A stretch of 64,000 bases of DNA. Origin: an uncultured Chloroflexia bacterium (GTDB lineage: Bacteria > Chloroflexota > Dehalococcoidia > UBA2979). Shown in pieces: positions 1 to 9,429 of this stretch. Below the pieces are notes generated by a model that saw only the letters and a list, made by a program, of their open reading frames with translations, was not told the DNA's origin and made no database searches. How positions within the stretch are numbered: position 1 is the stretch's first letter; each line of letters begins with the position of its first letter. The position numbers were made by a program, and so were the translations under genes. The stretch lies in the NCBI GenBank assembly GCA_963728205.1, contig CAVSIV010000002.1:96001-160000 (forward strand), written 5' to 3'.

Positions 1-2
1 AC

Positions 3-734
3 CGCGACGTCTTCTTCCAGCTGTGGAAGGCCGAGCTGGTCCCGCCGGTGATGGAACCGATCATCATGTTCCTGGCTCTCGGGCTGGGGCTGGGCACCTA
101 CGTGCAGCTCGGCGGTAATACCGACTACATCCAGTTCCTCGGCCCGGGCGTGATGGCGATGTTCGCAATGTTCGCCGCGGTGTTCGAGGCGCTCTGGGGG
201 GCGTACTTCCGGCTCGACCGGCACGGGACGTACCAGGCGATCCTTGCGACGCCGACCCGCCCCGAGGAGATCACGGCGGGCGAGGTGCTGTGGGCGGCGT
301 CGCGAGGGACGATCAACGCGGCGCTGATCCTCCTGGTGATGCTGGCGTTGACACCGGTCTATCACCTGGTGTCGTCGCCGCTCGTCATCTTCACGATCCC
401 GCTCGCCTTCGGCGCGGGGATCATCTTCGCCAGCGCCGGCCAGGCGTACGTCAGCCAGGCGCACTCGGTCAGCCAGCTGACGTACTTCTTCAGCCTGTTC
501 ATCCTGCCGATGTTCTGGTTCAGCGGTGGCTTCTTTCCGCTGGACGGCCTGCCCCGCTGGGCGGTGGTGGCGGCCTGGTTCACGCCGCTCTACCACGCAG
601 TCGAGCTGAATCGGCAGCTGATCACCGGCAACGTGGGATGGAGCGCGCTCGGACACCTGGCCTGGCTCGTCGTCGTCGCGTTCCCGCTGTTCTGGCTCGC
701 TCTGCGCCTGATGCGCCGCCGGGTCATCGTCTAG
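3..734 (+). CDS. ABC-2 type transporter permease (NodJ-like), 5'-partial
   Basis: Frame is open to the window edge (RDVFFQLWKAELVPPVMEPII...). Multi-TM protein with YIQFLGPG, GTYQAILATP, FSGGFFP and FTPLYHAV motifs. Confidence 0.85.
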   Translation, partial: RDVFFQLWKAELVPPVMEPIIMFLALGLGLGTYVQLGGNTDYIQFLGPGVMAMFAMFAAVFEALWGAYFRLDRHGTYQAILATPTRPEEITAGEVLWAASRGTINAALILLVMLALTPVYHLVSSPLVIFTIPLAFGAGIIFASAGQAYVSQAHSVSQLTYFFSLFILPMFWFSGGFFPLDGLPRWAVVAAWFTPLYHAVELNRQLITGNVGWSALGHLAWLVVVAFPLFWLALRLMRRRVIV

Positions 735-869
735 CTCTTCCGCGCTCGCGGATCCGCCGGTGCCCGCCGTCCGTGCTGCGCCACCGGCGCCGAATGCAAC
801 GAAGCCGTTACGCGGCGGCGCCTCCGGCGATCACGGCTGCAACGGTCCCGTCCGTATTCTCCGTCCGCA

Positions 870-970
870 TGGAGGCAGACCACCCGACCCGGCCTCCAAC
901 CCCTGGAGCCCGCCGGTCCGCCACCGGCGGGCTCCAGTCCGTTCTCCTTGCTTCTCCCTTCGCTTCTCCC
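870..970 (+). other. Two-hairpin intergenic structure with pyrimidine tract (candidate sRNA or terminator)
   Basis: TGGAGGC/GCCTCCA stem (870-898), perfect 15-bp stem CTGGAGCCCGCCGGT/ACCGGCGGGCTCCAG (903-937), then three TTCTCC copies. Confidence 0.45.
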
Positions 971-1034
971 TGTGCCGCCGCGCCCGCCCGATACACTCGG
1001 AGCCACTCCTGACCGTGCGAGGCGGGGAGGGCGC

Positions 1035-1838
1035 GTGAGCCGCCACGTCCTGATGTGCGAGCCGGTCCACTACCGCATCGCCTACGAGATCAACCCGTGG
1101 ATGCGACGGGCGAACGCCGTCGACGGCCCGCGGGCGCTCGCGCAGTGGCGCGGGCTGCGGCACACGCTGGAGGCGCTCGGCGTCCGCGTGGAGTGCGTCG
1201 AGCAGCGGCCCGACGTGCCGGACATGACCTTCACCGCGAACGCCGGCCTCGTGCAGGGGCGGACGTTCGTGCCGTCGAACTTCCGCTATCCCGAGCGCGA
1301 GCCAGAGCAGCTGCACTTCGTCGAGTGGTTCGCGGCGCGCGGGTACGACGTCGCTCCGCTGCACCCCCCGCACTACTGGGAGGGCGAGGGTGACGCGCTG
1401 CCGGCCGACGGACGGCTCTTCGGCGGCTACCGCTTCCGCTCGGAGGAGGGCGCGTACGACCATCTCGAGATGCTGCTCGACGTGGCGGTCGAGCGGCTCG
1501 AGCTCGTGGACCCGCGCTTCTATCACCTCGATACGTGCTTCTGTCCGCTCGGGGAGCGCCGCGCCCTGTACTTCCCGCCGGCGTTCGCGCCGGCATCCCG
1601 CGCGCTGCTCGAGGCGTCGTTCGACGACCTCGTGGCCGTACCGGAGCCGGAGGCGCTGCGCTTCGCCTGCAACGCGCTGGTGGTCGACGGGGCGGTGGTG
1701 CTGAACAGCGGCTGTCAGGAGACCGAGCGCGCGCTGGCGGAACGCGGGCTGCGCGCGGTGACGAGCCCGACCGATGAGTTCATCAAGGCCGGCGGCAGCG
1801 TGAAGTGCCTGGTGCTGATGCTCGATGCGTACGCGTAG
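1035..1838 (+). CDS. Amidinotransferase / dimethylarginine dimethylaminohydrolase family protein
   Basis: GTG at 1035 after GGAGG. Motifs YEINPWM, PDMTFTANAG, EGEGD, YHLDTCF and C-terminal GGSVKC (catalytic Cys). Confidence 0.88.
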   Translation: MSRHVLMCEPVHYRIAYEINPWMRRANAVDGPRALAQWRGLRHTLEALGVRVECVEQRPDVPDMTFTANAGLVQGRTFVPSNFRYPEREPEQLHFVEWFAARGYDVAPLHPPHYWEGEGDALPADGRLFGGYRFRSEEGAYDHLEMLLDVAVERLELVDPRFYHLDTCFCPLGERRALYFPPAFAPASRALLEASFDDLVAVPEPEALRFACNALVVDGAVVLNSGCQETERALAERGLRAVTSPTDEFIKAGGSVKCLVLMLDAYA

Positions 1839-1954
1839 CGGTGAGAGGAGCGGACCGGCCGGTCGCACGGATGCCGGCCGGTCCGCGGTGCTGTCGCGAG
1901 GCACGCTCGTCGCCGCGCGCGTTGATGGCGTTCTAGGTGTCGTGGCGGCCGCTG

Positions 1955-2599
1955 TCAACGGATGTGATTGCCCTGCTCGGGGCGGTCGGCGCCGGCAACG
2001 CCGCCGGCGCGCACGAGCAGGTCCTCGAGCTCGAGCTGCCACTCGATCGCGGCGCGGCGGCGCTCCGGCGTATTCGCCAGCTCCTCGTAGATCGCCTGGC
2101 CCCAGCGCAGGTGCTCCTCCTTCTCGAGGAGAATGAGGTCGAGCAGGCGCGCAGTGGGGCCGTCGCAGACCGGATCGGTCGCGGCGCGGTGGTAGCGGTA
2201 GTTCACGGCGAGGTGCGTCTTCAGCACGCGGTAGAGGCCGACGACGCGCAGCAGCTCGTCGCCCTGCGCCTGCAGCGCGCCCGCGAAGCGGACGAACGCC
2301 TCGTTCGGCGGCTCGGCTTTGTCGGACCCGCGCAGGGTTGGCGGCTCGTCGTGGTGGGCGCCGTCGAGCACCCGCAGCTCGGGCAGGCGCTGGCCGAGCC
2401 ACACGTAATGCTGCGAGTCGTGGTACGCGCGCTCGGAGAGGCCCCACTTCACCTTGATCGTGGGGCAGGTCGGCGCCCAGCCGGCGCCGGTGACCATGCA
2501 GAGCCGCTCGGCGTAGCGGTAGTGGGTGATGCGGCGCGCATTCTCCTCGACACCGAACGCTCCGCCGATGCGCCGCGTGTCGATCGCGTACTCCGTCAT
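1955..2599 (-). CDS. Ferritin-like fold protein with degenerate diiron ligands
   Basis: Helical protein with YAER...HDSQH...EKEEH pattern. Third gene of a tight operon. Confidence 0.6.
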   Translation of the reverse strand: MTEYAIDTRRIGGAFGVEENARRITHYRYAERLCMVTGAGWAPTCPTIKVKWGLSERAYHDSQHYVWLGQRLPELRVLDGAHHDEPPTLRGSDKAEPPNEAFVRFAGALQAQGDELLRVVGLYRVLKTHLAVNYRYHRAATDPVCDGPTARLLDLILLEKEEHLRWGQAIYEELANTPERRRAAIEWQLELEDLLVRAGGVAGADRPEQGNHIR

Positions 2600-2612
2600 C
2601 GTGGCAGCCCCT

Positions 2613-2963
2613 TCACCGCAGCGCCCTCCGCGGAGCGTCTGGAGCAAGCAGAGCGAGGCGACGTTCGATCACGCGGCGCGCGTCCGCGTCGAGCTCGGCC
2701 GTGACCAGCCGGCCGGACCGTGCGAAGTCGCGGGCGCGCTGCTTCGCGCGTTCGAGCTGCGCCGGCGCCGGAACGGTCTCGGGGTGCGAGGAGATGCAGT
2801 CGATCGGGCACACCTGCGCGCAGATCCCGCAGTCGATGCACCACTCGGCGTCGATCACGTGTCGGCGGCGCCCGGTCGAGAAGTAGTGCACCGTGCCCGT
2901 CGGGCACGCGAGCCGGCAGAGCCCGCAGTTGATGCAGGGCGTGGGGTCGATCACGTAGGTCAT
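2613..2963 (-). CDS. 2x[4Fe-4S] ferredoxin with basic C-terminal extension
   Basis: MTYVIDPTPCINCGLCRLACP...CIDCGICAQVCP. ATG overlaps the upstream stop (TGATG). Confidence 0.9.
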   Translation of the reverse strand: MTYVIDPTPCINCGLCRLACPTGTVHYFSTGRRRHVIDAEWCIDCGICAQVCPIDCISSHPETVPAPAQLERAKQRARDFARSGRLVTAELDADARRVIERRLALLAPDAPRRALR

Positions 2964-3868
2964 CAGGCGCCGGGCTCGTAGCCGCCGGTGAGCGACTGCC
3001 GCTCCTGCGCGCTCAGCGGTCGCGCCGGCAGCGCATCTGCGTCGGCGGAGTCGGACAGCGGGCCGACCAGCACCGACGTCGCGCGGTCGGTTTCGTTCTG
3101 GAGGAAGTCCATCACCTCCTCGCGCACCTGCGGCGCAACGTTGCGCCGCTGGTTCTCGCGGCCGGCCTCGGTCATCGCCTGCGCGCGCAGCGCCGCGCGC
3201 TCCGCCTGCGGATGCTCGTCGGCGATGCGCTTGAGGAACCAGTCGCCGATCGACACGTGCACGACCTCGTCGGCCCAGTTGTAGTCGTAGACGTGCTCCA
3301 TCAGGTGGTCGTCGATCCTCGCGCCGAGGCGGCTGACGCCCGAGAACAGGCGCAGCGCGGCGCCCTCGATTCCGACGTTCACGGACGACAGGATCATGAC
3401 AGGGTTCAGCGCCCGCACGCGCGCCGCGATCGCCTCCTCCTGCGTCTGCTGTTGCGCCTGGCTGGCACCGGCGAGGGTGTCCGGGTATTCGCCCAGGACG
3501 CCGCCGTAGCTCTCGAGCAGCTCGGTGCCGAGGCGCGCGTGCCGCACCTCGTCCCACGTCTGGCGCACCATCGCGAGCAGCAGGCCGTCGGGCAGCGGCT
3601 GGTCCTCCCAGCGCGCCACGTTGCGGCCGAAGGCGTCGATGCCGGCGTACTCGGCGCTCACGATCGAGGAGACGAGCGCGCGCCGGTACTCGAGGTCGTC
3701 GGGGTCCTGCAGCACGAGGCGCTGGAGGACGTCGGACGCGTAGTGGTCCGGGCCGCCGATGCGCTCATCGAGCCGCGCGCGCTCCGCGTCGTCGATCGTG
3801 GCGAGCGGGCGGTAGGGCGGGTTGCGCACCGCGGGGTGGTCGTCGAGGTAGTCGGAGAGGACGCCCAT
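2963..3868 (-). CDS. Ferritin-like diiron protein (DUF455-like)
   Basis: Full E...DEVRH...E...DEVVH carboxylate/His ligand pattern. Confidence 0.75.
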   Translation of the reverse strand: MGVLSDYLDDHPAVRNPPYRPLATIDDAERARLDERIGGPDHYASDVLQRLVLQDPDDLEYRRALVSSIVSAEYAGIDAFGRNVARWEDQPLPDGLLLAMVRQTWDEVRHARLGTELLESYGGVLGEYPDTLAGASQAQQQTQEEAIAARVRALNPVMILSSVNVGIEGAALRLFSGVSRLGARIDDHLMEHVYDYNWADEVVHVSIGDWFLKRIADEHPQAERAALRAQAMTEAGRENQRRNVAPQVREEVMDFLQNETDRATSVLVGPLSDSADADALPARPLSAQERQSLTGGYEPGA

Positions 3869-3963
3869 CGCTGCCTCCTATCGCCGTCGTGATGGGGATG
3901 GTAAGCGACCGGGGGCGAGGCAGTCGCACCCGGACCGCGGGCATCGCGTCCCAGCGCGGTCCC

Positions 3964-4020
3964 GGCAAGCGGCGGCAGGATGCCGCCGATACTGCCGGCG
4001 GCAGGATGCCGCCGCTTGCC
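3964..4020. repeat. REP-like palindrome, family B (AAGCGGCGGCAGSATGCCGCCG)
   Basis: Two internal palindromes inside terminal GGCAAGCGGCGGCA/TGCCGCCGCTTGCC arms. A related copy lies at 20358-20440. Confidence 0.7.
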
Positions 4021-4041
4021 ACGAGGCTGGGCCGGCGCCGG

Positions 4042-4389
4042 TCAGGCGCCCGCGTGGATCGCGCTCTCGAGCGTGTACTCGTAGTAGGTGATCGCCTCGC
4101 TCACCGAGAAGCGGTCGCGGATGAACTCGATCTCGGGCTGCTTCCTCAACACCGAGTCGAGGGTGAGGTTGGCGCCGAGTGCCGGCCAGCGCATGACGGC
4201 CGGCATCTTACGGCCCGGCCGCGGCTCAATCGTCTCGTCGAGCAACTCGGGCTTCATCGTCAGCAGCTTCAGGTACGCCGACGTCAGCGTCTTCACCGCG
4301 TCGGTCGCGTTGCCCTTGCGCATCATGTCGTGCGCGGACTCGATGAGCGCCCGCAGTTCAGAGTCGGTGACCTGCTCGGGCTTCGCCAT
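4042..4389 (-). CDS. Hypothetical protein
   Basis: Normal globular composition, directly downstream of the LLM gene on the same strand. Confidence 0.7.
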   Translation of the reverse strand: MAKPEQVTDSELRALIESAHDMMRKGNATDAVKTLTSAYLKLLTMKPELLDETIEPRPGRKMPAVMRWPALGANLTLDSVLRKQPEIEFIRDRFSVSEAITYYEYTLESAIHAGA

Positions 4390-4422
4390 GCCGGGACTCC
4401 GCTCGAAGGTGCGCCGCGCTGG

Positions 4423-5673
4423 CTAGATCGACGAGTTCACGGGGAACTCGATCCCATGGAGCTGCTCGTCCCGCCACGGCCGGTGCACCTTCTCGTGGCG
4501 CTCCTTGAACTCCGGCAGGACCTCGCGGCCGAACGTCTCAATCGACTCCATGATGTGCTCGTGCTTCCGGTCGCCGGCCTGCGCGACGAAGATCATCACG
4601 TCGAGGTGCTGGTCTTCGTACTGCTTCAACGTCGCGCGCAGCCGCTGCGACGTGCCGATCGCGTTGCCGCTGCGGGCGGCGCGGTAGAGCGCGCGGCGCA
4701 CCTCGTCCTCGGGCTCCTCCGCGCGCAGCTCCGTCTCGGTGAGGAAGCCGCGGCGCTGCACCTGCACCTGCGCCTCGCCCTCGGACGAGCTGTCCCGGTA
4801 GCCGCGGTAGAGGTTGGTGCGGCCCGGCTGGTGCTTTCCGCCCGTCGTCGGGTTGTAGTAGTAGCCCAGCGAGTACGAGAAGAACCCGGGGCCGCCCGCG
4901 CTGCGCTTGATCGCCTCCTCGTCGGTCGGCCCCATCATGAAGGTGTTCAGCACCGCCAGGCCGGGGTTGATCGCGTGCCCGATCGGCATGCACTCCTCGC
5001 GGATCAGCCGGTAGTACTCCTGCGTCCGGTCGCCCAGCTCCTCCGGCGTCTCGAAGCCGAAGCCGAGCGACGCCATCCCGAGCCGCGCGGCGACCATCGT
5101 GGTCTCGCGTCGCGAGGCGGCGACCCAGAGCGGCGGGTGCGGCTTCTGCACCGGCTTCGGCACGACGTTCCGCGGAGGCATCGAGAAGAACTCGCCCTCG
5201 AAGCCCTGGTAGGGAACCTGCGTCATCATGTTGGTGATCTCGCGCGTCGCCTCTTCCCACATCGCCTTCTTCAGACCGCGGTCGACGCCGAAGCCGCCCA
5301 GCTCCATGTCCGACGACGACTCGCCGGACCCGAACTCCACGCGACCGTTCGAGAGGATGTCGAGCGCGGAGATCCGCTCGGCAACGCGTGCGGGGTGGTT
5401 GTATGCGGGCGGCGTGAGCACGATGCCGTGCCCCAGGCGAATGTTCTTCGTGCGCTGCGAGAGGGCGGCCATCATCAGCTCGGGCGTCGAGGAGTGCGAG
5501 TATTCCTCGAGGAAGTGGTGCTCCACTTCGAAGACATAATCAAATCCCAGCGAGTCGGCGAGCTCCACCTGGTCGAGCATCTCGTGGTAGATGCGCTGCT
5601 CGGCTTCGGGGTCCCACTGGTCACGGTCGTACGGCTTGGGGAGCTGGAGCTCGTAGAACAGCCCGAACTTCAC
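4423..5673 (-). CDS. LLM class flavin-dependent oxidoreductase
   Basis: MKFGLFYELQ, ADSLGFDYVFEVEHHF, RVAERISALDILSNGRVEFG, PKPVQKPHPPLW. Confidence 0.92.
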   Translation of the reverse strand: MKFGLFYELQLPKPYDRDQWDPEAEQRIYHEMLDQVELADSLGFDYVFEVEHHFLEEYSHSSTPELMMAALSQRTKNIRLGHGIVLTPPAYNHPARVAERISALDILSNGRVEFGSGESSSDMELGGFGVDRGLKKAMWEEATREITNMMTQVPYQGFEGEFFSMPPRNVVPKPVQKPHPPLWVAASRRETTMVAARLGMASLGFGFETPEELGDRTQEYYRLIREECMPIGHAINPGLAVLNTFMMGPTDEEAIKRSAGGPGFFSYSLGYYYNPTTGGKHQPGRTNLYRGYRDSSSEGEAQVQVQRRGFLTETELRAEEPEDEVRRALYRAARSGNAIGTSQRLRATLKQYEDQHLDVMIFVAQAGDRKHEHIMESIETFGREVLPEFKERHEKVHRPWRDEQLHGIEFPVNSSI

Positions 5674-5829
5674 GGTAGTGCCCCCTCGCGGTGACCGGCG
5701 GCGTGAGTGCGGCGAATGCTCTGCGGTGCCTCTGAGGGTGTCAAGGCATTACGCGCGCGCATCCAACAGGTGTGCGAGCACGGCGTGTAGCATGCCCGCA
5801 CGACGGCGATCGACGGGGGGAGCGAACCC

Positions 5830-7206
5830 ATGACGCAGACGAGCGACCGAGTCGGCGAGTACCTGCAGCGTGGTCTCGATCACCTCTGGGTGCACACGCA
5901 GCAGTACAACGAGCTCGCGCGCGAGGACGGCCTCGTCGTGATCACGCGCGGCGACGGCATCTACGTCGAGGACAGCAAGGGCCGCCGCTACATCGACGCG
6001 ATGTCCGGACTCTGGGTCGTCGCCGTCGGCCACGGCCGCAGCGAGCTGGGCGAGGTCGCGAAGCGCCAGATGGAGGCGCTCCCGTACGCCAACGCGTTCG
6101 CCTACGCGACCGAGCCGGCCATCGATCTCGCGACGAAGCTCGCGCAGATCACGCCGCCGAGCATCCAGAAGGCCTACTTCGTGAACTCCGGCTCGGAGGC
6201 CGTCGAGAGCGCGGTGCGCATGGCGAAGCAGTACCACTACAACCGCGGCGCGCAGCGCAAGCAGAAGGTGATCGCGCGCCAGGGCTCGTACCACGGCATC
6301 ACCGCGATGGCGATGTCGCTGAACGGCTCGACGTATGTCAACAAGAAGCCGTTCGAGCCGCTGATGCCCGGTGTGTTCCACGTCGAGAACGTGAACTGCG
6401 CACGCTGCCCGTTCGAGAAGACGTACCCGGAGTGCGATGTCTTCTGCGCGCGGCACATCGAGGACGAGGTGAAGTTCCAGGACCCGGCGACGGTCGCCGC
6501 GATCATCGCCGAGCCGATCTCGACGTCGAACGGCTGCTACGTCCCACCGCCCGAGTACTGGCGCACGCTGCGCGACATCTGCGACCGGCACGACATCGTG
6601 CTGATCGCGGACGAGGTGATCGACGGCTTCGGCCGCACCGGCGAGTGGTTCGGCATCCAGCACTTCGACGTCGAGCCCGACATCATGACGGTCGCGAAGG
6701 GGATCTCGTCGGGCTACGCGCCGATCGCGGCGACGCTCGCGTCGCAGCGCATCGCGGACGCGTTCGTCGGCGAGAAGGGCGACGCGCTGTCGGGCGGGAT
6801 CACGTGGGGCGCGCACCCGGTGTCGTGCGCCGTGGCGCTCGCGAACATCGAGATCATCGAGCGCGAGCGGCTCGTCGAGAACGCACGCGCCGTGGGCGAG
6901 CACCTCGCGACGCAGCTCGCGGAACTGCGCGCGCGGCACCGAGTGGTGTCGGACACGCGCGGCATCGGGCTGATGCACACGGTCGAGATGAAGCGCGACC
7001 CGGCGGCGGGCGAGGATTTCCGCGCGGAGGACGACGTGGCGACGCGCATGCCGGAGCTGCTGCGCGAGCAGGGGATCCTCTCGCGTGCCGGGGCGAGCAT
7101 CGCGGTGGCGCCGCCGCTCGTGATCAACCGCGAGGAGGTCGACAACCTGGTCGACGCGCTCGACCAGGCGATCGGGCGGCTGGAGCAGGACCTGCGCCTC
7201 GCGTAG
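5830..7206 (+). CDS. Class III (omega-amino acid) aminotransferase
   Basis: YIDAMSGLW, NSGSEAVE, SYHG, IADEVIDGFGRTG, PLP lysine in TVAKGISSGY. Confidence 0.93.
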   Translation: MTQTSDRVGEYLQRGLDHLWVHTQQYNELAREDGLVVITRGDGIYVEDSKGRRYIDAMSGLWVVAVGHGRSELGEVAKRQMEALPYANAFAYATEPAIDLATKLAQITPPSIQKAYFVNSGSEAVESAVRMAKQYHYNRGAQRKQKVIARQGSYHGITAMAMSLNGSTYVNKKPFEPLMPGVFHVENVNCARCPFEKTYPECDVFCARHIEDEVKFQDPATVAAIIAEPISTSNGCYVPPPEYWRTLRDICDRHDIVLIADEVIDGFGRTGEWFGIQHFDVEPDIMTVAKGISSGYAPIAATLASQRIADAFVGEKGDALSGGITWGAHPVSCAVALANIEIIERERLVENARAVGEHLATQLAELRARHRVVSDTRGIGLMHTVEMKRDPAAGEDFRAEDDVATRMPELLREQGILSRAGASIAVAPPLVINREEVDNLVDALDQAIGRLEQDLRLA

Positions 7207-7218
7207 GCGAGGCAGCCC

Positions 7219-8214
7219 TCAACTCACGCTGCGCAGGAACTCCACGAGCTCGGCGTTGACCGCATCGGGCCGATCCTGCTGGATCCAGTGCCCGGCGCCC
7301 GGTAGCAGCACGAACCGCCGCAGGTCCGGCACCGCCTCGCGCACGCGCTCCTCGAGGTCGTCGCCGGCGCCCATGATCCCGCCGCGCACGATCACCGGGT
7401 CGAGCGCGCCGGCGACGAAGAGCGCCGGCTGCGAGACCGGCACGCCGGCGAGCTGCGGGGTGAGCTGCCAGTTGCGGTCGAAGTTCCGGTAGTAATTCAC
7501 CGGGCCGCGGAAGCCCGAGTGGCGGAACTGCTCGACGTAGTAGTCGAGGTCGGCGCGCTCCAGCCAGGCGGGGAGCCCGGCGGGTTCGGGCAGACGGCCG
7601 ATCCATCCGCCCGCGCTCATCGCCGTGTCGGTGATCGACGGCGGCGCGGCGATGGGCGCGCCCGGCGACGTGTAGAGGCGGCGCAGGAACGTCTCCGGAT
7701 CGGCGTCGAACTCGGACTCGGCGACGCCCGGCTGCTGGAAGTAGAGGATGTAGAAGAAGCGGTCGCCGAAGCGACGGCGCATCGCGGACAGCGGCGCGAG
7801 CGGTGCGCGCCCGGTGTACGGCACGCTGAGCGCCGCGACGGCCCGGAAGCGGTCCGGCCGCAGCAGCGCGAGCTGCCAGGCGATGATCGCGCCCCAGTCG
7901 TGACCGACGACGACGGCGGTGGCCTCGCCCAGCGCGTCGAGCAGGCCCGTGGCGTCCGCCGCGAGGTGCGCGATGTCGTAGTCGTCGACGTCGCTCGGGG
8001 CGTCGGTCCCGCCGTAGCCCCGCAGGTCCGGCGCGACGGTGCGGAAGCCGGCGGTGGCCAGCGCCGGAAGCTGGTGGCGCCACGAGTACCAGGACTCGGG
8101 GAAGCCGTGAAGCAGCAAGACGGCGGGCCCGCGCCCGGCCTCGGCGACGCGCATGCGCAGCCCGTTCGCCTCGACCGTTCGCAGCTCGACACCCGGCGGG
8201 GTGGGATCCGGCAT
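7219..8214 (-). CDS. Epoxide hydrolase (alpha/beta hydrolase)
   Basis: LLHGFPESWYSWRHQ, PDLRGYG, GHDWGA nucleophile, NYYRN, GHWIQQ. Confidence 0.9.
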   Translation of the reverse strand: MPDPTPPGVELRTVEANGLRMRVAEAGRGPAVLLLHGFPESWYSWRHQLPALATAGFRTVAPDLRGYGGTDAPSDVDDYDIAHLAADATGLLDALGEATAVVVGHDWGAIIAWQLALLRPDRFRAVAALSVPYTGRAPLAPLSAMRRRFGDRFFYILYFQQPGVAESEFDADPETFLRRLYTSPGAPIAAPPSITDTAMSAGGWIGRLPEPAGLPAWLERADLDYYVEQFRHSGFRGPVNYYRNFDRNWQLTPQLAGVPVSQPALFVAGALDPVIVRGGIMGAGDDLEERVREAVPDLRRFVLLPGAGHWIQQDRPDAVNAELVEFLRSVS

Positions 8215-8355
8215 GACGCACCTCCGCCGGCAGTATGCGCGTCCGATCGGACGCCCGCCGCGCCGGCGGACATGCGCCGTCCGCTTGACGCGCTCGCCCG
8301 CACGGCCGACGCTCGCGCGCGCCATCACGCCTGCCATCGCACCGGAGGAAGCCAC

Positions 8356-9429
8356 ATGGAGACGCGCGCTGCCGTCCTCGTCGAGCACGGGAAACCACTG
8401 GCCGTCGAGGCCGTCACGCTCCCGGACCCGGGGCCCCTCGAGGTGCTCGTCCAGCTCTACGCCTCGGGGATCTGCCACTCGCAGCTGCACCAGCTGCACA
8501 ACCCGGATCAGGCCACGCCCGCGCTGCTCGGCCACGAGGCCACCGGCGTCGTCGTCGCCGCCGGACGCCAGGTCACGCACGTCCGCGAGGGCGACCGCGT
8601 CATGGTGACGTGGGTGCCGCGCGACGTGACGCCGGAGACCGCGCGCCTCGCGCGCTCGAAGTTCACGTTCCGCGGCGCCGAGCACGACGCGGGCGTCTAC
8701 ACCTGGGCCGAGCACGTCCTCACCCACGAGCAGCTCGTGCTGCCGCTCGACCCCGCGGTCCCGACCGACGTCACGGCGATCATCGGCTGCGCGACCGTCA
8801 CCGGCGTCGGCGCGGTGATGGGGACGGCGAAGGTGCAGCCGGGCGAGACCGTCGCGGTCTTCGGCGTCGGCGGCGTCGGCATTAACGTGATCGCCGGAGC
8901 GAAGATCGCCGGCGCCGCGCGCGTGATCGCGGTCGACCTCGACGACGCGAAGCTCGCGTGGTCGAAGGAGTTCGGCGCGACCGACGCGGTCAACGGCCGC
9001 ACGAGCGACCCCGTGGAGGCGATTCGCGAGCTCACCGGCGGCGGCGTCGACTACGCGTTCGACGCGATCGGCATGGAGTCGGTGATCAACCAGTGCCTGG
9101 AGTGCCTGCGGCCCGGCATCCTCGGCGCGCGGCGCGGCGGCACGGCGGTGTCGGTGGGCATCCCGCAGGGACCGGTGACGCTGCACCCACGGCTGTTCCC
9201 GATGGGCGAGCGCTCGCTGGTCGGCTCGCTCGGCGGCTCGAGCCACCCGCTCGAGGACTTCCCGCAGTACGTCGAGTGGTACAAGCAGGGCGCGCTGCCG
9301 CTCGACAAGATGATCACGAAGGTCTACCCGGGCCTCGACTCCATCAACGAGGGCGTGGCGGCGCTCGAGCGCGGCGAGATCACCGGGCGCTCGATCATGG
9401 TGTACGGGCACCCGGAGGGCGCGCGATGA
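8356..9429 (+). CDS. Zn-dependent alcohol dehydrogenase (MDR)
   Basis: ATG at 8356 after GGAGG. GICHSQ, GHEATG, GCATVTG, GVGGVG. The structural-Zn Cys cluster is absent. Confidence 0.9.
   Translation: METRAAVLVEHGKPLAVEAVTLPDPGPLEVLVQLYASGICHSQLHQLHNPDQATPALLGHEATGVVVAAGRQVTHVREGDRVMVTWVPRDVTPETARLARSKFTFRGAEHDAGVYTWAEHVLTHEQLVLPLDPAVPTDVTAIIGCATVTGVGAVMGTAKVQPGETVAVFGVGGVGINVIAGAKIAGAARVIAVDLDDAKLAWSKEFGATDAVNGRTSDPVEAIRELTGGGVDYAFDAIGMESVINQCLECLRPGILGARRGGTAVSVGIPQGPVTLHPRLFPMGERSLVGSLGGSSHPLEDFPQYVEWYKQGALPLDKMITKVYPGLDSINEGVAALERGEITGRSIMVYGHPEGAR

Noticed and set aside
735-1034. Guanidine riboswitch upstream of the amidinotransferase-like gene
   Set aside because: I could not find the paired ACGR-loop hairpins or the ykkC consensus by eye. 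An Rfam scan would be decisive.
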